64,000 nucleotides of DNA from a virus (IMGVR_UViG_3300034200_001443:70381-134380), one strand, 5' to 3'. Positions 17,601 through 25,443 are shown, numbered from the stretch's first letter. Translations and numbers: made by a program. Notes: a model not told the origin generated them from the sequence alone.

Positions 17601-17777
17601 GTCTTTCGTCCTTTTCTAATCGTGTGTCCTTACAAAACCTATCATACCATTTTGGGGGGGATAATCAAACTTAGGGCTTGGCGTGGGGTGGGGAACTTGG
17701 GAAGTGATTTTAGATCCTGGAACCAAAGCTTTAACCCTGCCCTGCGTTATTTAGTTTTATTTACCCCTAGTTATTTA

Positions 17778-17812
17778 GAGAGTGGGAGTAGAGATACCTA
17801 ACTCCCACCCTC
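17778..17812 (-). ncRNA. Hairpin with a loop antisense to the RBS of gene 18912..19370
   Basis: 12-bp stem; loop GGUAUCUCU can pair with AGAGAUACC at 19372-19380. Confidence 0.5.
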
Positions 17813-17840
17813 AAAGCCAACACTAGGTTCTAGGGAAAAC

Positions 17841-18899
17841 CTAGATTTTCGCTGGCTTATGCTCTGCGCCGAACGCCCGAGCAATTACATCAACAACTAC
17901 ATCTCTATCTATTTCAGGTGCGCTCGCAATTAAATTAGAAATTGCGAACTCTGTTCCAAAGACTTCACTTGTATCTCTGAAACCTAGCAACTCACGCATT
18001 TGTGGCGACCATGAGATTTCAGCACTATCGCCTTGTGTGCGCTTGTATAGATTTTGAGCAACGCTAACCATTGTCGCTGGCACTCCTAACTTCTTTGCCA
18101 ACGCCCAATCAGTAGTTAGTTCTGCTTGGATTTGGAAACGAGATATTAACGCTTCACTCATGCGAACCCCCGGAGCATTTGGGTTAGTAGCAGAAACTAC
18201 ATAAAAATCCTCATGGACTTTAATAGTTCCTCTTTCAGGGTTCATTGGAATTGTTATCTCTTTTCGTCCGTCCATTACTGAATAGACAACTGCTAAGGCT
18301 TTAGGGTCAATCAAACCAATCTCGTCAATAAAGAAAGGCTTTCCAAACTCAACTGCCTTAATAAATCCTGCGTCAATCCACTCAAACTTTCCACTTGGGG
18401 TCTGAATAAACGAACCATAAAAATCATTGGTATCAGTATCACCATTACCAATTAAAGTTATTACTTCGTCATTAGAAAAACTTGCTTCTACTAAAGCAGT
18501 TTTTCCTGTTCCCGGAACTCCATAGAAAAATGCGAATTGTGGAGAACCAACGCCCTCTGAAAAGAACTTCTTAGTTGCTTCTCTTGCTCGGCGTAGAACT
18601 GCTACATCAGTATGAACTCCCCATTGGCGAGTGAAATACTTTTGTCCATTAGGGCGAACATAGAACTCATCAGCACTCATGTTATCCACCTCAACTCCAC
18701 TAGGGGTCATAGCACTAACTCGCTCTCTCGCTTTTCTTTTATCGCCACTTGCTCGCTCAACGCAACGACCACTTGGTAGAACTTTTGCGCTAAGTCGCAA
18801 AGAAGTATCCTCATGGACACTTTGGGTCAAGCAATCAGAAACGATATTCCAAAAATCGCCTCTTAAAGAAGCCAACTTGTCTTTGATAATTGTATCCAT
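17841..18899 (-). CDS. MoxR/CbbQ/CobS-like AAA+ ATPase
   Basis: GVPGTGKT Walker A, FIDEI Walker B, ATNP and ALISRF. Confidence 0.88.
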   Translation of the reverse strand: MDTIIKDKLASLRGDFWNIVSDCLTQSVHEDTSLRLSAKVLPSGRCVERASGDKRKARERVSAMTPSGVEVDNMSADEFYVRPNGQKYFTRQWGVHTDVAVLRRAREATKKFFSEGVGSPQFAFFYGVPGTGKTALVEASFSNDEVITLIGNGDTDTNDFYGSFIQTPSGKFEWIDAGFIKAVEFGKPFFIDEIGLIDPKALAVVYSVMDGRKEITIPMNPERGTIKVHEDFYVVSATNPNAPGVRMSEALISRFQIQAELTTDWALAKKLGVPATMVSVAQNLYKRTQGDSAEISWSPQMRELLGFRDTSEVFGTEFAISNLIASAPEIDRDVVVDVIARAFGAEHKPAKI

Positions 18900-18911
18900 T
18901 TTTATTGCCCC

Positions 18912-19370
18912 CTAAGCAATCTCAACAGGAAAGCCAAGTGCTTTTCTGCTTTGGTTGATACGATAAACAACTTTGATAGGTGTTTCACCTTTGTAAATCT
19001 CAATTAAATCATTTTGAGAAGTTTCTATCAGAATTGGGTCATTTACTAATTGCCAATCACCCTCAACCAATCCTGCGAAAATAGAGTTCAGGTGTTCTAA
19101 ACGCTTAGAAACATAAGTGTCTTTAAGACCTAGTTCTGCTAAATCTTGTGAGCCAACTTTTGCTAATTCCTCTGCGAACTGAACAGTTGTCTGTTGCCAT
19201 AACTTCTTTGGCTTTTCTCTAGAAACAATCCTGCGATAAATCTTGGCAGGAACTAAATCACCTGACGGCGTAAATCCGTCAGGGGTAATAAACATTTCTG
19301 TTCTGTATCCCGATTTTGCGAACTCGGCATAAACAGAAACACCCTGAATTGACTTTTCTTTGTCTAGCAT
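18912..19370 (-). CDS. Hypothetical protein upstream of the AAA+/VWA pair
   Basis: RBS and promoter; co-oriented. Confidence 0.7.
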   Translation of the reverse strand: MLDKEKSIQGVSVYAEFAKSGYRTEMFITPDGFTPSGDLVPAKIYRRIVSREKPKKLWQQTTVQFAEELAKVGSQDLAELGLKDTYVSKRLEHLNSIFAGLVEGDWQLVNDPILIETSQNDLIEIYKGETPIKVVYRINQSRKALGFPVEIA

Positions 19371-19470
19371 TGGTATCTCTTTTCGTCATTTACCTAATTC
19401 CCTACGAACTAGGTGTTGGGTCAATCTTACCATTTTCTATCATAGAAGCAAATTAGGCTAGGTGTGTCTT

Positions 19471-19523
19471 AAAAAAGGTTCTACCCCCACACTAAAATGA
19501 CGAGTAAAAGTATGGGGGTAGAA
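19471..19523 (-). terminator. Terminator whose 15-nt loop is antisense to the AAAUGACGA leader motif
   Basis: 15-bp stem with a G-U on the minus strand, U6 tail; loop UUUACUCGUCAUUUU. Confidence 0.7.
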
Positions 19524-19589
19524 ATCTATGTTTCCAGTTCCTAAGAAAGAGAAGCTTTAGAAAACCCTTTCTATGAGAACTGAAAGTTA

Positions 19590-19880
19590 TCAGTTCATAT
19601 CGACTTCGATCAACTGTGCTGGAAGTTCGTCGGCAGGGGGTAAAACTTTGTGCGGTTTAATTCCGTACTTTTTAAATTCTTTTTTATACTTCTTTGAGTC
19701 ACGACCCTCTGTAATCCAATCCGATATCAGTCGTGCAACCAAAAAGCGTTCCTCGTCCTTAGCTTCACGAACTAACAAGAAGTCCTCGTGTATCCAGTTT
19801 TCTGTACCAATCACCGTTATCTTGTCAGCGTTTCCGTAGTTTCCGTCAACATCAAAATAATGTATACGTCCCATGGGCAC
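19590..19880 (-). CDS. Hypothetical protein
   Basis: YFDVDGNYG motif; GAAAGGAG RBS. Confidence 0.65.
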   Translation of the reverse strand: MPMGRIHYFDVDGNYGNADKITVIGTENWIHEDFLLVREAKDEERFLVARLISDWITEGRDSKKYKKEFKKYGIKPHKVLPPADELPAQLIEVDMN

Positions 19881-20021
19881 TCTCCTTTCCTCTAGCCGTT
19901 AGTCTACCTGCTGCTGCAGCGCTGTTACTCGTCTTGCCGTTTTTATTTCCGGGCATCTGGCCTGGATCCAAACTCCTCTTGCCGTTGAGTGGGGCAGGGT
20001 TTTACCCCCACCCCCTCGCCG

Positions 20022-20267
20022 TTATTCAATCCAAAGGTCTCCTCTAATGAACCCGTGTTCTTTCACAACTGCTACACCCTTCATGAATGCTTCGTCTTTT
20101 GTAGTAGCACCTCGGACTAGCGAGAAGTTGTGCTCGCCGTCTTCGTCCGTGTAGCCAACTTGCCATGCTTCCCATGCCTCGTTGTATTCCACCTTGACGG
20201 CTTGCCGTAAGTCCTCTATCTCGCCGTTTCGTAGTTCAATCTCAAAGTAGCCCTCGTTCTTAATCAT
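20022..20267 (-). CDS. Hypothetical protein
   Basis: 4-bp overlap with the upstream gene. Confidence 0.6.
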   Translation of the reverse strand: MIKNEGYFEIELRNGEIEDLRQAVKVEYNEAWEAWQVGYTDEDGEHNFSLVRGATTKDEAFMKGVAVVKEHGFIRGDLWIE

Positions 20268-20869
20268 GCCGTTGCCTTTGCTTTCTCTAGTGCTGGTGGG
20301 CAGTCGTCATAAAGATACTCTTCATACTCTTCAGGGTCTTCCGCATACTGTTCGCAGTTATAGCACTCAACACCAAGAGTTTCCCAAGCCGAATGGTTTA
20401 ACTCGCCACCTTCTTCGGAAACCATCTCGCCAGCCTTGTAGATTTCAATACCCCAGAAATCACAACCAGACTCGTAATACTTATGTTCAATACTTAGTTC
20501 CGGGAAAATCTCTGACAGCGTTTTTGTTGTTAGTGTTGGTGGGGCCCAAGCAGAGTCAAACGAATAACTAATAAACTCATCTCCCTCTTTATAGTCATTC
20601 ATATAAACATTGCCATAGACATCCCACTTAGTTCCCCAAGAGTTGATGTTGTTGTGATACCAGTCGTCTGGACCTTTGCTCTCAAAATCTTTTCCTAGCA
20701 ATGATTCTGAATCAGGAACAGATGGTTTGATATTGGCAAGTGAGTAAAGAACATTCTCTATCTGCTTACCATCTTCATCAGTTATTGGTCTGCCAACAAA
20801 CTCTTTTAACTTCTTGACTGCATCAGCGTTTCCACTAATGCTGATTGTGTTATCGCACCAATTAGGCAT
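20264..20869 (-). CDS. DUF1281/YubB ferredoxin-like (Api92-like) protein
   Basis: MPNWCDN...WGTKWD...FDSAWAPP...Y.E.G. Confidence 0.8.
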   Translation of the reverse strand: MPNWCDNTISISGNADAVKKLKEFVGRPITDEDGKQIENVLYSLANIKPSVPDSESLLGKDFESKGPDDWYHNNINSWGTKWDVYGNVYMNDYKEGDEFISYSFDSAWAPPTLTTKTLSEIFPELSIEHKYYESGCDFWGIEIYKAGEMVSEEGGELNHSAWETLGVECYNCEQYAEDPEEYEEYLYDDCPPALEKAKATA

Positions 20870-21110
20870 TGTGTTCCTCATGTTCTATTACAGACTGAGT
20901 AATCTCTAAACCAAGAGCCTCAATCGCTGTCCCTAAATCGTCAATCGCTTCATCTATATTTTGACGAACATCAAAGTAATCCCATGGATTCTCGTCAGTC
21001 TTTGGTGAGCGAATGTATTGCAAATCAACTGCACATGAAACTGCAATGTTAATTACCTTAATTGCATTCTCATCACCAGCCAAATACTTTTCTGCTAGTT
21101 CTTGATACAT
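20862..21110 (-). CDS. Hypothetical protein
   Basis: Start reassigned to MYQEL (21110), directly after AAATGACGAAAGGG. Confidence 0.6.
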   Translation of the reverse strand: MYQELAEKYLAGDENAIKVINIAVSCAVDLQYIRSPKTDENPWDYFDVRQNIDEAIDDLGTAIEALGLEITQSVIEHEEHNA

Positions 21111-21340
21111 GTTTTCCCTTTCGTCATTTGTTTGGTCAAGCAATAGAAAATCTATCATAGAGATTCCAATGACGCAAGCACCTGAGTCAGGAGTTTCTTT
21201 CTTAACCAAAAGTTTTCATTTCCCCTCCAGGTCCCTGCACCTCCAGGTGGTTTTACGCTCAAAGGCCTGGGCGCTTAACAGCACGCCAATAACTTATTTT
21301 CCGGGCTGATGACCTTCTTCTGGTGTCCCATCTGAATTTA

Positions 21341-21550
21341 TTAGTTCCCGGTGACCTGGTCATCAACGAAACTTGTTTGGGCGAGCGCAATTGAAAACAA
21401 CTCGTTGTACTTCACCATTTGCTCAATGTCCTCCGTGAAGCAAGTGGCAGCGTGCTGCAGCAGATCTTCATCCGACATTATGTTTTCCGGGTCCTCGAGC
21501 ATCACAGCTTCGTCGAACTCGAACTCTATCTTGGTGCGAATCTTCCTCAT
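21341..21550 (-). CDS. Acidic hypothetical protein
   Basis: ORF track; AGGA RBS. Confidence 0.55.
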   Translation of the reverse strand: MRKIRTKIEFEFDEAVMLEDPENIMSDEDLLQHAATCFTEDIEQMVKYNELFSIALAQTSFVDDQVTGN

Positions 21551-21585
21551 TCGATTTTTCCTATCCGTTAGTAGTTTAAAAATTA

Positions 21586-21646
21586 AGGAGACCAGACCTG
21601 CTACACAAAGCGCTAACCGTTAGCGACCCTGCAGGTCTGGCCTCCT
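21586..21646 (-). ncRNA. Long-stem, large-loop RNA element
   Basis: 16-bp stem with one G-U on the minus strand, enclosing an inner CGCUAA/UUAGCG hairpin. Confidence 0.45.
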
Positions 21647-21716
21647 ATAGTCAAGCCGTCTTGCCCGTTCACTGACGCAGCTTAAAGGCGGGCCTGAATT
21701 CTTTTTTCCGGGCTTT

Positions 21717-21872
21717 CTAGCTTGCCGCTTTTTGATTTTCCTCAATCAGCGTTCTTAGTTGACTAGCCGTTGTTATGCTAGCAATGGCACCGACCAAATA
21801 CTCGATACCGTTATCACCCCACTTAGAGCGGACCACATCAGCGAGCCGTGTTTCTAACTCCGACTGAATCAT
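21717..21872 (-). CDS. Hypothetical protein (51 aa, not in ORF track)
   Basis: MIQSELETRLADVVRSKWG...; ATGA overlap. Confidence 0.55.
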   Translation of the reverse strand: MIQSELETRLADVVRSKWGDNGIEYLVGAIASITTASQLRTLIEENQKAAS

Positions 21873-22210
21873 GCCGTCTCCAATGCCAAGTGATAACTTA
21901 TAAAGGTTTCAAATGGAACGGGCGTGCCGTTGTGGATAACTAGTTGTTTCTCAAAGTCGACGGTTGTGGTGTCGTAAGACTCCTCGCCGCCAATGTCGAC
22001 AGACAAGCCGTAGCCTGTTTCTGAATCCCACTGGTTACCGATTAACTGTGAGACAGCAATCCGAATGGCGTAGTTGTTGTCTTCCCATCGTGGCTTTGCT
22101 TTAGCAATTGCATAAGCAAGGTCCGCTAGTTTGGAGTCGCCGCCCCAATGTGAGTAGAGCACTACGTCATGCCCGTTTGATTTGAAATTGAAGTTTGTTC
22201 TTGAACCCAA
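21869..22210 (-). CDS. Conserved phage hypothetical protein
   Basis: TTG start (MGSRTNF) after AAATGACGAAAGG; LYSHWGG motif. Confidence 0.65.
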   Translation of the reverse strand: MGSRTNFNFKSNGHDVVLYSHWGGDSKLADLAYAIAKAKPRWEDNNYAIRIAVSQLIGNQWDSETGYGLSVDIGGEESYDTTTVDFEKQLVIHNGTPVPFETFISYHLALETA

Positions 22211-22368
22211 TTGTTTTCCTTTCGTCATTTAAATCCCTAGGGTCCCCTAGTAAATCTATTATATAACTATCCTAAGGGCATGTGTCAACTACTGACGCCG
22301 AAGAATTTTTGATGTCTTCTGGCCCATCAATAGATAATGTTATTTCCGGGGATCCAGATCTGCAGCTG

Positions 22369-22806
22369 TCAGGCGGCCAAAACGTTTTCACTTCCTGGCC
22401 ATATGTATGGGAGATTTTCAGGTACCTCTGGCCAATGCATCCTGTAGTGCTCTGGAAATTTTCGAATCAAGTTACTTTGGTGTGAGACGTGGAAGTTTTC
22501 ATTTCCCAGCCAAGATGGCAGCTGCAGCTCCTCGCTGTGCCCGGAAAGTATTAATTCAAATCGCGGCAGCATCGAATCGTTGTAACCTCTTCGAATCCAT
22601 TCTTCGCAAATAACTTTTCCATACAGTGCAAGCGCTGGGACATGGTCCCTCCACATCACTGCTGCTGGATGATTCCTCCAGCCTCTGGTCTCACCGTTAA
22701 TTGCTCTTATCAGTTGCCATGTCTCTACCCGTTGTTTACCTAGTCGGCGATAGTCCAGTACTTCTGCACTCCGTTCGAACTCTGCGTATGGCAAGAATGT
22801 TTGCAT
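22369..22806 (-). CDS. MSMEG_6728-family / pyrimidine-dimer glycosylase-like protein
   Basis: MQTFLPY...LDYRRLGKQRVE...HPAAVMW...SHQSNL. Confidence 0.8.
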   Translation of the reverse strand: MQTFLPYAEFERSAEVLDYRRLGKQRVETWQLIRAINGETRGWRNHPAAVMWRDHVPALALYGKVICEEWIRRGYNDSMLPRFELILSGHSEELQLPSWLGNENFHVSHQSNLIRKFPEHYRMHWPEVPENLPYIWPGSENVLAA

Positions 22807-23647
22807 GTTGTCACTCCCTCATCCGTTTGAATATATAACCCTACCCATCCCTCGCCGCTAAATCAACAACCGTTAATAAATTCCTGCAGCTATCCCTCGC
22901 CGCCTGGAACAAACAAGCCGCGATGTCAATGCAGCTGCAGCTGTGATCAACGGTTATATTTTCCGGGCACTACCTCGCCGCTGTCAGCTCGAACTACTCC
23001 TCAGTAACTTGCCGTTTTATTTCCGGGTGCGGATCGGGCCCGAAGCTCTTCAGCTCGCCGCTGCCGTTATATTATATTTTCCGGGCTTGATGCAAGCACG
23101 CCGCCTCCGCCTGAACCACCGCCACCGCCAGCTCAGCACCAGGTGCACTGGAAACCAGGAACAAACAATCCGTTGTTGGAGGGACGGATCCGTCTTCGCG
23201 GGGTTGAGCCAAGCCGACTCAAGTTTGGAATCCCTCGCCGCCATCCAGGGCCGGGAGAAAAAACATTGTTATTTCCTGGTCCGCAGATCTGCAGCTTGAG
23301 CTCGTAACCGACCCGGTGATTCATTGCTCACGTTATTAGTTCCAGGCATCTGGAGCTACAGCTGCGGCCAACCGTTTGATTTGTTTTTTCCCGGCTTGTG
23401 GACCCGTTGGTCCCATTGGTCCTGTTGGTACTTTCTCATCCGTTAGGTTTCTTAAGGTTCATTAGTTCGCACTAGTCGTACAGGGTTAATTCTAAGTCTG
23501 TCCGTTTATCCACAGGCTGTTGTGGATCTGCGGGTAGCTGGTACCCGGAACTAACAACACCGTTTCACGATGTGGATCCTGAGCTCAGACGCTAACCGTT
23601 ATATATTTGCGAGCGCTTATCCCACGCCGCTTTTGTTGAAACTTAAA

Positions 23648-23812
23648 CTATCCCGCTGCGCTCGCCGTTTTCATTTCCAGGGCGATGGCAGCAGCTTCAT
23701 TTGCCCGTGCCGTTAAACGGATGTGTTCTTCGCGGGACTTGGCTAAAGTTATATCTTCCTGAAGGCGGGCCGCTAGCTCATCGAGCTTCTGTAAGTTATT
23801 ATTTCCTGGCAT
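23648..23812 (-). CDS. Small helical protein (54 aa, not in ORF track)
   Basis: MPGNNNLQKLDELAARLQEDI...; overlaps the end of the upstream gene. Confidence 0.55.
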   Translation of the reverse strand: MPGNNNLQKLDELAARLQEDITLAKSREEHIRLTARANEAAAIALEMKTASAAG

Positions 23813-24737
23813 CTTGATCCGATCCGTCTTCTGGTTTGGGGGTTACATCTGTGATTGTATAAACTTCCGTGACATCCACGCCGTCATTAACAAGTTGAGT
23901 TGTTCGTTCCGATGCCACAGCTTCGAGCCTGGCGAGCCGTTCCGCAAGAACCTCTGCTGGGGAGCGGTCTGTGGTTTTGACATCAATGTTTAGTTCCATG
24001 CCGCCTCGGACTCCAGCACGGTCAAGGATTTCTGTAGCCGCTTTAAGTTTGACTGGTTCGGAGACAGCCGTCTCCATTAGTTCCTCAAGAACATCCACAG
24101 CGTAGGTGGAAGCCTGACTTATTTTTTGACGGGCAATCTCGACATTGTTTGCCGTCCGTCTGGTCGAGCCCAAATGAATACGACACAGACCGTCATCTTT
24201 GATTCGCCCACTGTTCCATAGTTGGCATCTTGTTCCATCCGTCTTGGTCATCCGACATCTTCCCGGTAATCCAAGTGGTGCTCGCTTTGCGGATTTCGGG
24301 CCGCCCTCTTCCTGTTCTTTTAACCAGTTGCGAGTTGCGCCCAACACCCAAGGGGGTGCAATCTTTAAAGCCTCGTCATCTAAAAGTAGATCGAGGCCCG
24401 TTACGAAATCTGAGTTTACATTTCCAGGATCTGACAACAGCTGTTTCTTGTTGTTGATGCTGATGAGCGCTCGCTCTTTATCCTGCTCTATTGACCTAGC
24501 TATAATAAGATTAGTGGCAGCGCCTGTCTGGTCGTCAAAGACTGGAGACCACTTCAGCATTGAACGCCGAAGCATGGCACGGTTCTCAAATGTGTCTTGG
24601 CAGATGCCTCGTTCAATTTCTATGATGCCGAGCTCTTCTAGGTTAGGCCGACGATCATATGGAGTTTCGACAATTGGGATTATATTTTCCGGGGTGTCTT
24701 CCTCTTCAAAGTATTCAACAATCTCACTCACAAACAA
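23799..24737 (-). CDS. Terminase small subunit-like protein (C-C-C-H motif plus helical domain)
   Basis: C..TK.DG.RC...C.IH and VKLKAATEILDRAG patterns seen in actinophage TerS-like proteins. Confidence 0.5.
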   Translation of the reverse strand: MFVSEIVEYFEEEDTPENIIPIVETPYDRRPNLEELGIIEIERGICQDTFENRAMLRRSMLKWSPVFDDQTGAATNLIIARSIEQDKERALISINNKKQLLSDPGNVNSDFVTGLDLLLDDEALKIAPPWVLGATRNWLKEQEEGGPKSAKRAPLGLPGRCRMTKTDGTRCQLWNSGRIKDDGLCRIHLGSTRRTANNVEIARQKISQASTYAVDVLEELMETAVSEPVKLKAATEILDRAGVRGGMELNIDVKTTDRSPAEVLAERLARLEAVASERTTQLVNDGVDVTEVYTITDVTPKPEDGSDQDARK

Positions 24738-24800
24738 TTTCCCATTTCTCTATGATAAAAACCCTGAGGGTTTTTTACCCCCAGGGCTTTTACCCCTTAA

Positions 24801-25082
24801 TTACTTTTTAGCTTTTTTCGCTGCTTCGGCGGCTAGTTTTTTTCCAGCTTCCTTAGCAACACCTTCGGCGATACGGCCAAAGGCTGGGTCTTTCTTGTTC
24901 AACCAGCGGAGTGCGGTTGGGATGATGGAGGCCCAAAGTGCGTTGGCTACAAGGAGCCACTCACCTGCACCGAACTCGAGAGGTGACCCGATACCTGAGG
25001 TTTGCATGACGATCATTACTGCGCCAATAACTTGACCTGCAAGGTTACGGAGGTACGACTCGATTGCTACTTTGTTAATCAC
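24801..25082 (-). CDS. Holin-like two-TM protein
   Basis: Two TM helices, LRWLNKKDPAFG, basic tail. Confidence 0.6.
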   Translation of the reverse strand: MINKVAIESYLRNLAGQVIGAVMIVMQTSGIGSPLEFGAGEWLLVANALWASIIPTALRWLNKKDPAFGRIAEGVAKEAGKKLAAEAAKKAKK

Positions 25083-25443
25083 GAGTACTCGTTTCTACGG
25101 GGGTAAAAAGATTTGCCCCGTGATACATATAATGGCATGGGTTTGATTGGCCAAAAGTTTTTTGGGAAAGTTGTTTGAAACAGTAGGGGTCTGACGCTTT
25201 TATAAACAATAAACTGATTTTGAGCGTGTTTTATTAGATTTATTGCCCTACTTCATTATAGAGAATGTTGTACGAAAAAGTTAAAAGTATGTCTAAAAAA
25301 GTGCTTCCTGGATTCCCTAAAAGGTTTCTTGGTTAGGGTGTTTTGGTTTTCTCTTGTATTTCTTTTTGGATTCAACTGGTCGAGAAGCAGACGATCTTCG
25401 TAGTTCTAAAAGTCGCCTAAGTTCTTCTTTTGTCTTCTTAAAC

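Noticed and set aside
15819-18899. Genuine CobS/CobT cobaltochelatase as part of the B12 module
   Set aside because: No CobN is present, the pair is 10 kb from nrdJ/pduO in the early region, and such pairs are generic MoxR/VWA modules in phages.
12244-21939. Isolated DnaA boxes at 12244 and 21931
   Set aside because: Single copies inside coding sequence are compatible with chance.
22943-23324. Three overlapping short ORFs in the motif-dense island
   Set aside because: They conflict with each other, lack RBSs and have atypical composition.
23648-23812. Programmed frameshift extension of the TerS-like gene
   Set aside because: The downstream frame has its own in-frame ATG at 23812, so it is an ordinary overlapping gene.
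24199-25035. 278-aa plus-strand ORF
   Set aside because: It lies antisense to two better-supported minus-strand genes and has no RBS or recognisable motif.
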